Below, one piece after another: positions 38,808-48,911 of a DNA stretch of 64,000 bases. The notes below the pieces were generated by a model, which did no database searches, was not told the DNA's origin, and saw only the letters and a program-made list of their open reading frames with translations. Within the stretch, counting starts at the first letter, position 1. Each line of letters opens with the position of its first letter. The position numbers and the translations under genes were made by a program. Source of the DNA: a virus; IMG/VR virus record IMGVR_UViG_3300023179_000026, positions 64,001 through 128,000 of that record; one strand, given 5' to 3'.

Positions 38808-41800
38808 TACATTTTTCCTATAACTATTTCAATGACACCTTTGTCACCGTCAAAATTTTGTAAAGCTTTTCCTATAATTGTTCCTGCCCTAGCTTGGTTG
38901 TTTGCAGCGGCAAATCCATTAGGTGCACTAACCATAAGATCACCCTTCTTAACAGGACCACGTACTTTGGTTGGTACTCTACCTTGTAGTGCTAACATGA
39001 CTGTATGTGGTGCTTCTAAAGTTGCATTCATAACATATGCAGGATTAGTTGATACAACTCCTGCTACTTTTGTTGAATCATACTCGTACGATAATGTAAC
39101 TTCCTTATCACCATCAAATAATAATACAGTGCCACTTGGATACTCATCATCAGATTCATAATATTCTGCCAAGTCAGCGTAAGTAGCATTAAGTTTTGAG
39201 CCACCACTTAATGACCAATTACCTGTAATTGTTCCTGCTGTACCGCTACCACCTGTTGTTAATGTCGTGCCATATAGTGTAGCAGATGCGCCACCTAGTT
39301 GACCATTTGAATTAACATTACCTGCATTAACATTAGCTGTTACATTTGCATTAGCAGTAACATTTAAGTTACCTGTTACGTTTGCATTTGCACTGAATGT
39401 TGCCAATTGTGTAACATTAAGATTACCAGGCATATTTACCGTTGCATTACGGATATTTGCAGTTCCTGATGTTGATCCTAATACTAGTGTAGTTGCTGCA
39501 CCAAATGCATTTACTGTAGTTGCATTAGTATTAATAACGTTAAAGGACGTTTGATTTGTTGTAATGTCACCACCAACCACATCTAAGTCAGCACCCAATA
39601 CTAAATTATTATTTACTGTGGTATTACCTGTGGATGCACCAATAAACACATTCGTCGCTTGCCCACCAAAGTATATGGTAGTTGCTGTAGTGTTTGCAAT
39701 ATTAAAGTTAGCAGTTGATACCGTTAATGAACCACCATCAATGTTAACATTTCCATCAACATCTAAGTTATGATTAATATTTGTATTTCCTGTAGCAGCA
39801 CCAATTTCAATCGTAGTTGCTGCACCAAATGCATTAACTGTTGTTGATGTTGTATTCCACAAATTAATACCTGTTTCTGTTCCTACAACGGTTGGATTAG
39901 AAATGGTTACTGTGCCTGTATTAGCACCAACATTAATTGCTGTAGCTGCATTACCAAAGTTAATTGTAGTAGCTACAGTATTAAACAAGTTTTGTGTAAT
40001 TTGTGAACCAACAATTATTGGATTGCGTAACGTCATAGTACCACTAACATTACCTAAATTGATAGATGTTGATTCACCACCAATATTAAGAGTAACTGCT
40101 GTAGTATTGTATAAATTTTGAGTGGTTTGTGTACCAATCAATGTTGGGTTTTGTATTGTTGCTGTGCCACTTGTAGCACCCATCGTAAGTGTCGATGCTG
40201 ACCTTGCAAAAAACATTGTAGTAGCAACATTATCATATAACTGCTGTAATGTGTTAGCACCATAGACAGCAGGATTTCTAATTAACATCTTAGATCCTGC
40301 ACTGTTTTGACCAATGTTTAATGTTGTTGCTTGTCCACCAAGATTAACTATACCTGCTGTGTCATTGACAATATTAAAAGTAGCAGCAGTTGTTTCAATA
40401 TTACTTTGAGTACTATCACCAAAAAGTGCTATAGATTCACCACTACCTACACCACCTGCATTACTACCAACACCTAAATAGTTTGCTCTGACATTAGAAC
40501 CAACATTTAATGATTTAGCAATACTTACACCACCTGCTGTGCTAAATGAAGCACTTGTATCTACTGAATTAGCAGAATCTGATGTATTGGTTATGGTAAT
40601 AATTGTATTACTTATTGTACCATTACTGCTATTACCCACCAAGTATAAATTACCACCAATAAACACATCTTTAGCAAAACCGCCACCACCTGCTACTTGT
40701 AACGCACCACTTAAATATGAATTGTTAGTTGCATTTTGTGTGCCACGAATTAGTACAACCCCTGTGCCACCACCATTACCAATAGTAACGTTAGGATCAA
40801 CTGAAGCACCAAGATTAATTGATGTTGCATTACCTGCAAAATTCATCGTTGCTGTTACAGTATCATATAAGTTTTGGGTTGTTTGCCCTGCTGCACCAAC
40901 AACTGTATTACTACGTAAAGTTAATGTACTATTAGCTGCACCTATATTTAAAGTATTAGCTTGTCCAAATGCGTTGACTGTATTAGCTATTGTATTGAAT
41001 AAACTTAATGATGTTTGTCCTGAATCACCAACAATTGTATTACTTCTTAACATGAGTGTACTATTTGCTGCGCCCATGTTAATACTAGATGCTGCACCAA
41101 ATGCGTTAACCGTAGTAGCCACTGAGTCAAATAGTAGTTGAGTTGTTTGTCCTGCACTACCAACAACATTGCTTGCAGATAATATCATAGTTGCATTAGA
41201 TGCACCCATGTTAATCAATGATGCTGCACCAAATGCATTTACAAAAGTTGTTACAGTGTTAAAAACATTTTGCGTCGAACTTGTTCCAACAATGGTTGGA
41301 TTTTGCAACGTTAATGTTCCTGAATTTGCACCTATTCTTATGGTTGATGAATTACCTGCAAAATTCATTGTAGAAGTGGTTGCGCTATCAAACAATGATT
41401 GTGTTGAATTAAGTGGGTATCCTATAATGTTTGGTGTTCTTATTTGTGTATTGCCTGTAGTAGCACCAATAGTTAATGAACTTGACCCAAGTGCAAAATT
41501 TAATGTACTTGCATTATTAGGAAATAGTGATGTTGAATTACTCGTTGTTTCAATAACACCTGTAGGCGAAATTGAAACTACAGCATTAGCAAAACCATTA
41601 CCACCTGCATTATTACCAATGTATAACGAATTAGCTGCAACACTTGAACCTACATGCAGTCTCTCACCTATACCTGCACCACCTGCTACGGTAAATGCAC
41701 CATTAGCAGAGTTTGCGCTACCCTGAATGCTATTAATAGCAAATGTGCCTGTTATTGAAGTATATACGGTATTACCACCAACATACAAATTACCGCCAAT

Positions 41801-43405
41801 ACCTGCACCACCTGCTGTTATAAACGAACCTGTTGTTGTTGAATTAGCTTGATCAATAGCTGATATTCTTACGTTACCGTTAGCTAAAATACCACCATCA
41901 GTGCGTATGCTATAATTACTTGTATTAATATTACCACTAAAGTTATTAGTTATTGTAATAACACCTGTGGTTGAAACTGCCACACATGGTGAACCACCAT
42001 TTGGAGCATTTGCACCGATAGTGACTTGTGCCACACCTAACATATCACCAACGTAAAGGTTAGCACCTATACCAACACCACCTGCAATTCTTACATCACC
42101 TGTATTTGTGTTTGATGAATTGTTTGCTGAGCCTACATACAAATTATTGCCAACACTTATACCACCAACTGTTCTGAATGAACCTGTGCTAGACTCAAAA
42201 CCAATAAGGACAGCAGAGTTGCTGCTTGTAGCCATTTCACCATTTGATGCTACCGTAAATGAAGCAAGACCACCGTTACCTGCTGAGTTACCAATTCCTA
42301 AACTATTTCCAAAAATGCCTGTACCAACATTTAACGACCCACCAATACCAACTCCACCTGTTACAACAATTGCTCCTGTAGTAGAATCAAATGAAGATGT
42401 TGTATTAAGTACTTGGAAATTGTTTGCTGTACTAGTTATAATAATTTGTGAACTATTTGCAACAGTGATTGCTGCATTTGTAAAATCTGTTGGTGTATTT
42501 AAAATTGAAAATAAACCATTTGCTGCATAAGTTAATGCGCCTGAGTTTGCGTTAGCTGTTGTTGCTCCTGCATTGGATTTGATTACTAAACCACGATCAA
42601 TACCACTGACTGTAATATTTCCTGTAATATTTCCAACAAATGTGCCACTAATATTTCCATTTGCAGTAATGTTGTTTGCTACAAGATTAGGAGTTAACAA
42701 ACTAAAATTTGCTGCGTCATATCGTAAGAAATCAGGGTCAGTAGTTAATACTTGAATACCTTGTGATGCCAAGTAAGGAACAGGACTTAAAGCATTGTAA
42801 ACAATACCACCTACATTACTATATGGTGTATCACGCAATGACACATTACCAACAACACGACCTGTTGGTGTAGTTTTAAAATGGTCTGCAACAATGTTAC
42901 CTGATGGAATACTATTTACAGTATTTGCCCCAATTACTACCAATGGTGGATTTAAATTAGAATAAAGTGAAGAACTGTTTCCAATCGTTGCTCTATTACT
43001 AACGGTCAAATTAGCTACATTAAAGTTTGCTAAGAAATTAGAATTAATATCAAGAATTACATCAGGAATCGACCCAGGATTACTCGCATTAATCGTAGCC
43101 ATAGTATTGCCATTAAACGTAAGTAATTGTGCACCCAAACTGCTTGGATTGGATGGATCACCTGCCTGAAAGGTAATCTTATAAATATTTGCGCTTACAT
43201 TAACATTACCTGATAGTTGTGTTGCAATCGTACCACTTGGGTTGGTAAGTGTAATACCCGCACCACCAACAAGTTGTGATACACCTGCTTGAGGTATATT
43301 GAATAGTTCGGTAAAATTTTCTTGGGTTGCAATAAATGCATCACGAATACTATTCGCATTACCATCATCAGGATAGGCACCGTAGTCAATATTTCGTTGA
43401 GCCAT
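38807..43405 (-). CDS. long tail fibre / adhesin-like protein with conserved C-terminal chaperone-like domain
   Basis: 1532 aa G/N/T/A-rich; GG.GIGG.L.VG and roughly 40-aa T.N.FG.A..I.IG repeats; C-terminal ADLAEYY...GVVST.PAY...GRVP.KV...GKAL. Confidence 0.75.
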   Translation of the reverse strand: MAQRNIDYGAYPDDGNANSIRDAFIATQENFTELFNIPQAGVSQLVGGAGITLTNPSGTIATQLSGNVNVSANIYKITFQAGDPSNPSSLGAQLLTFNGNTMATINASNPGSIPDVILDINSNFLANFNVANLTVSNRATIGNSSSLYSNLNPPLVVIGANTVNSIPSGNIVADHFKTTPTGRVVGNVSLRDTPYSNVGGIVYNALSPVPYLASQGIQVLTTDPDFLRYDAANFSLLTPNLVANNITANGNISGTFVGNITGNITVSGIDRGLVIKSNAGATTANANSGALTYAANGLFSILNTPTDFTNAAITVANSSQIIITSTANNFQVLNTTSSFDSTTGAIVVTGGVGIGGSLNVGTGIFGNSLGIGNSAGNGGLASFTVASNGEMATSSNSAVLIGFESSTGSFRTVGGISVGNNLYVGSANNSSNTNTGDVRIAGGVGIGANLYVGDMLGVAQVTIGANAPNGGSPCVAVSTTGVITITNNFSGNINTSNYSIRTDGGILANGNVRISAIDQANSTTTGSFITAGGAGIGGNLYVGGNTVYTSITGTFAINSIQGSANSANGAFTVAGGAGIGERLHVGSSVAANSLYIGNNAGGNGFANAVVSISPTGVIETTSNSTSLFPNNASTLNFALGSSSLTIGATTGNTQIRTPNIIGYPLNSTQSLFDSATTSTMNFAGNSSTIRIGANSGTLTLQNPTIVGTSSTQNVFNTVTTFVNAFGAASLINMGASNATMILSASNVVGSAGQTTQLLFDSVATTVNAFGAASSINMGAANSTLMLRSNTIVGDSGQTSLSLFNTIANTVNAFGQANTLNIGAANSTLTLRSNTVVGAAGQTTQNLYDTVTATMNFAGNATSINLGASVDPNVTIGNGGGTGVVLIRGTQNATNNSYLSGALQVAGGGGFAKDVFIGGNLYLVGNSSNGTISNTIITITNTSDSANSVDTSASFSTAGGVSIAKSLNVGSNVRANYLGVGSNAGGVGSGESIALFGDSTQSNIETTAATFNIVNDTAGIVNLGGQATTLNIGQNSAGSKMLIRNPAVYGANTLQQLYDNVATTMFFARSASTLTMGATSGTATIQNPTLIGTQTTQNLYNTTAVTLNIGGESTSINLGNVSGTMTLRNPIIVGSQITQNLFNTVATTINFGNAATAINVGANTGTVTISNPTVVGTETGINLWNTTSTTVNAFGAATTIEIGAATGNTNINHNLDVDGNVNIDGGSLTVSTANFNIANTTATTIYFGGQATNVFIGASTGNTTVNNNLVLGADLDVVGGDITTNQTSFNVINTNATTVNAFGAATTLVLGSTSGTANIRNATVNMPGNLNVTQLATFSANANVTGNLNVTANANVTANVNAGNVNSNGQLGGASATLYGTTLTTGGSGTAGTITGNWSLSGGSKLNATYADLAEYYESDDEYPSGTVLLFDGDKEVTLSYEYDSTKVAGVVSTNPAYVMNATLEAPHTVMLALQGRVPTKVRGPVKKGDLMVSAPNGFAAANNQARAGTIIGKALQNFDGDKGVIEIVIGKM

Positions 43406-43451
43406 TTGTATAGAATTCCATTAATATTTGTATTTATCAGAACATAAGTAT

Positions 43452-43483
43452 AAAAAAATCCCAACAGGGTTAGTGTTGGGATT
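43452..43483 (-). terminator. intrinsic terminator
   Basis: AATCCCAACA/TGTTGGGATT 10-bp stem, 7-nt loop, T-run on minus strand. Confidence 0.8.
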
Positions 43484-43509
43484 ATAAGTTGCAGTCTTAT
43501 TGAAGCTGC

Positions 43510-46500
43510 TTACTTAATACCTGCTAATTTTAACCAACCATCAAGACTTTCACTTTCTACCACAGGACGTACTTGTGTTTTAGGAAGTGTAGTGTTATCA
43601 ACTTTAGGACCATTTAATCCACCACTTAAAGCTTGTAACATATAATTCATTTCTGTTTGGAATTCTTCATCACTTAATTTATTCTGTGGTGAATTTGCCC
43701 ATTCATCAACTTTTTTCTTATCTTTTTTATCATCGTACTCAATATCTTTGGTTACTTTTTTACCTGCTTTTTCAGCTTTGGCATCATCTTTACCTTTATG
43801 ACCTTCATCATACTCGATATCTTTAGTTACTTTTTTACCTGCCTTTTCTGCATGTTCATCTTTTTCAGCAGTAGATTCTTCAGCAATCATTGCTAATTTT
43901 TTGAACAATCCCTCAAAAGTGTAACCTTCTTCATCTAACTTATCATGTTGAGCACGAATTTTAGCCATTTCTTCTTTGCTCGCACCATCACGACCTGCTT
44001 GTTGAAGTGCTTTCATACCTTCTTCACCATATTTCTTTTTACCAAGATATGCTTGTAGCGCACTTTCTTCAACTTCATCTTCGTGCATGGCTTCCATGTA
44101 ACCGCATTCATTGCACTCATGTGCTGATTCTTCCATAGGTGAACCACACTCCATACAAGACTTTTCTTCAAATGTTGCAGGTTGATCTAATGCTTCTTCG
44201 GGTACATATGATGCTGCTAAACCTGCATCACGCATCGCTTCAGATCTTTCATCTTTTTCACCTGCTACATCTGTAGGATCATCTGCATCATAAGAATCTT
44301 CTTTGATATCTTCGTCATCGTCATCTTTATCTTCAGATCCACCATAATGCTTACCTGCATGATGTTTTGTTACACCATCTTTGCGCTCAATACGACCACC
44401 TGTTGATGATTTTTCTGAATGATCTTTATGATCCTCATCATCAGCTTCTTCAACTTGTTTTTTATAACCCATTGCTTCATATTTTTTAATTACATCAGGC
44501 TCATCTCGTACTACAATTTCTTTACCTGATGTTTTATGAACCATCATACATCTACCACCTGTATCGGGTTTAGCTCCCATATCGTCAGATTCTTTTTGAA
44601 CCTTTTCCATATCACCGTCACCATCTAGATCTGCTTCTTCTTTGCCTTGTTCTCTAGCTTTAAGCAAATTATATGTAAAACGATTACCTTCTTCTACTTC
44701 AGCTTCATCCATTTTGTTAGCCATTGGACTCATACGAGCATCTCCTGGGCTAGCGGTTTGTGTTTGACCTTCGTCACAACTAGCTGCCTCAACAGGTGTA
44801 CCAATCATTTTTTTCAAGAATGATAGATCTGTATCACCGCTATCATCATGCTCATGACCACCTAATTGACCTAATACTTCATCTTGCCCTGTTACTTCAG
44901 GCTCATCACTATGTATTTCACTTGCACCACCATGACCAATACCTGCATTGCGTAGTAATTCCATCATAGATTTAGCGTCCTCTCCTGATGCACTTACGCT
45001 AACGCTATCTTCTGCACCCATTGGACCACCTGTAGAAGTGGTAACAGTTAATCCTTCATTCAAAAGTGAATCTAATTGTGACTGCCAACTTTCTTCTACT
45101 TTACCAAATTTTTTACCTTTATGTTTTGAACGAATTGCAAACTCAATTTGGTTTTGTTTTTTATACTCAGGTGACCCTTCTTTATGTGGTCCTGATTTCT
45201 TTAACTTTGATAACATGCTTTCTAACTCATCAATAGTTTTATCAGCATATTCACCTGTTTTTTCAATCTTTGCATCACCTGCCCATTTTTCATCAAGGCG
45301 ATCACCCTTATTAAAGTAGCTTACTACATCATCTAATTCATTGAATGCTTTATCGCCTTTAACGCCTGGGATTTTGAACCAAAAAGAATTTGATGGAAAA
45401 TGATACATACCTTTAGCAACTACTTCGCCATCTACTTTGACCACATAATCTGCAGGATGACCATCAATAAAACCTTGATGTATCTCTACATTTCCAATCT
45501 TTTTAAGAGGTTTATACATATGATCCTCTTTCAATGATTTAACTTCGTAGCCCATTTCTTTATATTTTTTTCTATTTTCAGGTGTATCTTTTATAACAAG
45601 TTCTTTACCTGAGGTTTTATGAGTTACTGTTACAGTTTTTTCTTTTTTAGTGATTGGTCCCATATCATCTGATTCATTAACTGCTTTATGTTCCACATCG
45701 GCTAAATGAGCATCAATTCCTGCAGTATTTTTCATACCCCAATATGCTGCTGCTTTTTTAGCTGCTTCATAACTTGAAGATGCTTTGCATTCATGCTTAC
45801 CTTTTTTAGCATTTACACATATATAAGAGCGTTCTTTACTATCACTTTCATACGTCATTGGACGTTGGGTTGTTTCAAAGGGAGTTTTTCTCATACTTGG
45901 TTCCAATTCTAATTGTTTGTTTAATTCACGATTTGCTTGTTGCTGTGGCACCAAGTCTACTGTACGTGATGCCCCTACAGTATCTAATGTAGCAGGTTGA
46001 CGCATACTTGGGGGAAGATCGTATTCCTTTTTTTCTTCACTAACATATCCTGTATCCTCCATATAACATTCTTCAACATACTTTCGTAATTCTTCGAGCG
46101 GACCATGCCATATTTTACGTGGAATACGACCTTCTTTATAATAATGGTCACATAGAGCCTCATAAAATCCTTCATCCATTGCCCAACCTTCTTGACACAT
46201 TTTGTGCTCATGTGGATAAGCTTCTAAAATTTCTTGTAACTTACCTTCCATGATAGGTTGTTTATCAGCATCAGCACTTTCATACATACTTTCATCTTTC
46301 TTATGCTTTTTGTTATATTCATCCCATGCAGTAGCATAAAGAACACCTTCCCAACGATTACCATATTGTTTTTTGAATGCTTCTTTTCTACCTTTAATCC
46401 AATCTTCCATGCCTGGAGGGGCAACTTCTTCTAAGTTTTCCTCACCTAATGCAGTAACTTCTTTATTCTTTACTGCTTTATCTAATGCAGCTTTTAATGG

Positions 46501-46890
46501 ATCATTGGGATCCTTAAAATCTATTACTTTCATGCCAATAGCAGCATTACCCGCAGGACGTGATGTTGCTGATGGTTGTGCTGCTGCACCAATTGAAGGC
46601 ACTGCTACTTGACTTTGATCAAGTGCAACTTCATCAAGTTGTTTTTTAGTAGCTTCAATTTGTTCCATATATTCTTTAAGCTTATGTGATACACTTGTTT
46701 TACCAACTTCTTTAGCAGGTTTTTTACCAATCATATCTTGAATATCTGCACCACCACTTGTGTCTAACTCTTTAGATGGTTTATCATCTTTGTCATCATC
46801 TTTTTGTGCAGTACCACCATAGGCTTTACCCGCAACTTTGCGATTTTCTTCCAACTGTTCAAGTTGTGCAATAATTGTTTTTAAATCCAT
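43510..46890 (-). CDS. very large acidic modular polyprotein, putative prohead core/internal protein
   Basis: About 25 hydrophobic-x-E(E/S/G/A/D) junctions, duplicated modules; start refined to MDLKTII at 46890. Confidence 0.7.
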   Translation of the reverse strand: MDLKTIIAQLEQLEENRKVAGKAYGGTAQKDDDKDDKPSKELDTSGGADIQDMIGKKPAKEVGKTSVSHKLKEYMEQIEATKKQLDEVALDQSQVAVPSIGAAAQPSATSRPAGNAAIGMKVIDFKDPNDPLKAALDKAVKNKEVTALGEENLEEVAPPGMEDWIKGRKEAFKKQYGNRWEGVLYATAWDEYNKKHKKDESMYESADADKQPIMEGKLQEILEAYPHEHKMCQEGWAMDEGFYEALCDHYYKEGRIPRKIWHGPLEELRKYVEECYMEDTGYVSEEKKEYDLPPSMRQPATLDTVGASRTVDLVPQQQANRELNKQLELEPSMRKTPFETTQRPMTYESDSKERSYICVNAKKGKHECKASSSYEAAKKAAAYWGMKNTAGIDAHLADVEHKAVNESDDMGPITKKEKTVTVTHKTSGKELVIKDTPENRKKYKEMGYEVKSLKEDHMYKPLKKIGNVEIHQGFIDGHPADYVVKVDGEVVAKGMYHFPSNSFWFKIPGVKGDKAFNELDDVVSYFNKGDRLDEKWAGDAKIEKTGEYADKTIDELESMLSKLKKSGPHKEGSPEYKKQNQIEFAIRSKHKGKKFGKVEESWQSQLDSLLNEGLTVTTSTGGPMGAEDSVSVSASGEDAKSMMELLRNAGIGHGGASEIHSDEPEVTGQDEVLGQLGGHEHDDSGDTDLSFLKKMIGTPVEAASCDEGQTQTASPGDARMSPMANKMDEAEVEEGNRFTYNLLKAREQGKEEADLDGDGDMEKVQKESDDMGAKPDTGGRCMMVHKTSGKEIVVRDEPDVIKKYEAMGYKKQVEEADDEDHKDHSEKSSTGGRIERKDGVTKHHAGKHYGGSEDKDDDDEDIKEDSYDADDPTDVAGEKDERSEAMRDAGLAASYVPEEALDQPATFEEKSCMECGSPMEESAHECNECGYMEAMHEDEVEESALQAYLGKKKYGEEGMKALQQAGRDGASKEEMAKIRAQHDKLDEEGYTFEGLFKKLAMIAEESTAEKDEHAEKAGKKVTKDIEYDEGHKGKDDAKAEKAGKKVTKDIEYDDKKDKKKVDEWANSPQNKLSDEEFQTEMNYMLQALSGGLNGPKVDNTTLPKTQVRPVVESESLDGWLKLAGIK
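43730..43851 (-). repeat. in-frame direct repeat, 75-bp period (AEKAGKKVTKDIEYD x2)
   Basis: Near-identical DNA copies starting at 43730 and 43805. Confidence 0.85.
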
Positions 46891-46900
46891 AATACTTTCC

Positions 46901-47518
46901 TTATTTTCTCGCACCTGTTTCGGGTCTTGGTGGTCTTGTAATTGTAGTCATTGGACTCTTGTTACCCATAGTTGACATAAACTTTTTCTGATCAAACGGG
47001 TCAAAAGCAGGTTTAGTTTTATCACCTGCATATGGCATCTCTATTTTGTCTTTTTGTTCAGCAGCACGAATACGTGACATATATTGTTCTCCATACTCCT
47101 TACTAGCTTCTTTACCATCATCTTCTAATTCAGTATGATCTAATACAGGACTATGCTCCATTTGATTAGCATATTGCTCAGCTTCATGTGTTACACTGTC
47201 ATCGTATCCTGCTTGTATCATACGAACCATGTTTTCATCATAATTTAACAAACGTGCAACTTGCTTGACCATTGGCTCAGTGCATGGATATCTAAATTCA
47301 ACATCAATAATCCATACTGATTGATTCTTTAATTGTGGAAATCCATAGGGATCTTTTTGTATAGGTGTACTTTTTGGTTCGCTCATTTTTACAGGATCAA
47401 ATTTCTGCAAATTGTACATAAAAAGGTCTAACCAATTTCTGTCACAATCCCCTGCAACTTTGATCTTGTAATTATAAGTGCGTACACTTTCAGCTAAATA
47501 TTGACGAAAAGTTTTCAT
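46901..47518 (-). CDS. late protein with T4 capsid-targeting-sequence-like N-terminus
   Basis: MKTFRQYLAE-S versus T4 IPII/IPIII MKTYQEFIAE; TAAATA at 47539-47544. Confidence 0.65.
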   Translation of the reverse strand: MKTFRQYLAESVRTYNYKIKVAGDCDRNWLDLFMYNLQKFDPVKMSEPKSTPIQKDPYGFPQLKNQSVWIIDVEFRYPCTEPMVKQVARLLNYDENMVRMIQAGYDDSVTHEAEQYANQMEHSPVLDHTELEDDGKEASKEYGEQYMSRIRAAEQKDKIEMPYAGDKTKPAFDPFDQKKFMSTMGNKSPMTTITRPPRPETGARK

Positions 47519-47546
47519 AAACTATATTCCTGTTAAATTATTTATC

Positions 47547-48062
47547 TTAATTACTTTTTTTATCTTGTTGATTTTTCTCTATCAACGTTTTCAGTAATTC
47601 ATTACGATCTAATATTCTACCCTCACCTAGATCTTCTTTTTTGCTTTCTTCTTTTGCAGTTGTAACGCTTAGTTTACGATCAAGTTCAGCTTTTTTAAGT
47701 TGTAAATCAATCATTTTTAGTTTTTTATTAAGCTTAGCAGTCTTTGCTGTGATAGCATGCCCTAACATAGAACTAGCAACAGCAAAAATTTCAGCACTAA
47801 ATCTACTGTCAACTTGCATACCTAAGTTGCTTAAATCATGAAAACTTTCTACTGCTAATTTTGATATTTCATCTAGTTCACCATCACTTGATTCTAATCC
47901 ACGTACTTGAGGCAATGCTGCTTCTACCTTTTCAATGGTGTTTAACGTATCTTCAGAAATTAATTCAGTAGGCACAATTTTAGTATGTTTAATATCAGGT
48001 TCAGACTCAGATGGTTTTTCCTCTAAATCTAATTCAAATAAATCAATAAGGCTTTTAGTAAT
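47547..48062 (-). CDS. hypothetical late protein (coiled coil), probable ATT start
   Basis: GGAG-N7-ATT at 48062, in frame with track ORF 47547-47975; in-frame TAG at 48078-48080 with no ATG between; TAAATA at 48085-48090. Confidence 0.6.
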   Translation of the reverse strand: MTKSLIDLFELDLEEKPSESEPDIKHTKIVPTELISEDTLNTIEKVEAALPQVRGLESSDGELDEISKLAVESFHDLSNLGMQVDSRFSAEIFAVASSMLGHAITAKTAKLNKKLKMIDLQLKKAELDRKLSVTTAKEESKKEDLGEGRILDRNELLKTLIEKNQQDKKSN

Positions 48063-48097
48063 TTTAATTCTCCAAATCTAAAAATATTTAGTTATAA

Positions 48098-48529
48098 TTA
48101 CTTTGAACCGTTATGAAATATTTCAGATTCAGTGACTACTCTAAATTTTAGACCTTTGCTTTTACACCAAGCATTTGCTGCTTGCCACTTAGCATGATTT
48201 AATGCTACTGCTAATTTGTCTTTTCTTGTTTTTGCTTCTGTTAAATAAGCTTGTTTTTTCGGCTTAATTTCAACAACTTCGCCAATCGTTTTACCATGTT
48301 TATTCTTATAAACAATAAAAACATCAGGTACATAAATGGTTTGTTTACCTGTTAATGGGTTACGGTATGGTATATGTATGGCTTCACTTGCCCATTGTAT
48401 TACTGCGGGGTTATTATCACAAAACATAAAGAAAGTCATTTCCCATCCACTTCTATATTTTGGTTTACCATTACCAACATACTTTTGTGGATTTCTTACT
48501 TCATAAATGCCTTGTGCATATCTTGACAT
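48098..48529 (-). CDS. head completion nuclease (T4 gp4-like, TnsA-like fold)
   Basis: NPQKYVG, YRSGWE, WASE.I.IPY.NP, YVPD, EIKP, N.AKW.AA..W, FRVVTE. Confidence 0.9.
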   Translation of the reverse strand: MSRYAQGIYEVRNPQKYVGNGKPKYRSGWEMTFFMFCDNNPAVIQWASEAIHIPYRNPLTGKQTIYVPDVFIVYKNKHGKTIGEVVEIKPKKQAYLTEAKTRKDKLAVALNHAKWQAANAWCKSKGLKFRVVTESEIFHNGSK

Positions 48530-48532
48530 ACT

Positions 48533-48901
48533 CTACTGAACAACATTGCGTTGTACTGATTCTACAGGTGCTAATACATTATTATACCCAAACATAACTG
48601 ACTTATGTTCACTAATACTGTTTAAATAATATGCCATAGTCAAATTAATTTGCATCGTATTCGTGGCATTTTTAAAACTATCAAGTAATGTTAAAACATT
48701 TACACCTGTTAAAGTTGCTACTCTGAATAAGTTTACAGTAAATGCTTCAGATGTTTGCTGATTATCAGTATATTGATTAAAAAAAGAATTTACAATTTCA
48801 TATTGACCTGCAGGTGGTTCAATTTGAATATCATAAAAAGCATCATAGATTGCGGTTGTTGGATCTTGATTTTTTTGTTGTGAAGTAACGGTAATAGCCA
48901 T
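48533..48901 (-). CDS. hypothetical late protein
   Basis: ORF track; TAAATA 7 nt upstream. Confidence 0.65.
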   Translation of the reverse strand: MAITVTSQQKNQDPTTAIYDAFYDIQIEPPAGQYEIVNSFFNQYTDNQQTSEAFTVNLFRVATLTGVNVLTLLDSFKNATNTMQINLTMAYYLNSISEHKSVMFGYNNVLAPVESVQRNVVQ

Positions 48902-48911
48902 AATTTACTAT

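Noticed and set aside
38807-43405. Diversity-generating retroelement acting on the fibre
   Set aside because: No reverse transcriptase in the window and no template/variable repeat pair with adenine-specific mismatches noticed.
43730-43851. 75-bp repeat as a mini-CRISPR or regulatory repeat
   Set aside because: Only two copies, in frame, differing at synonymous positions; it is a protein repeat.
47547-48062. Small terminase subunit call
   Set aside because: Size and location are compatible, but I cannot recognise diagnostic motifs, so it is left hypothetical.
48098-48529. Tn7-like transposon (TnsA-like fold)
   Set aside because: Motifs and context match T4 gp4 head completion nuclease; no TnsB/TnsC or transposon ends.
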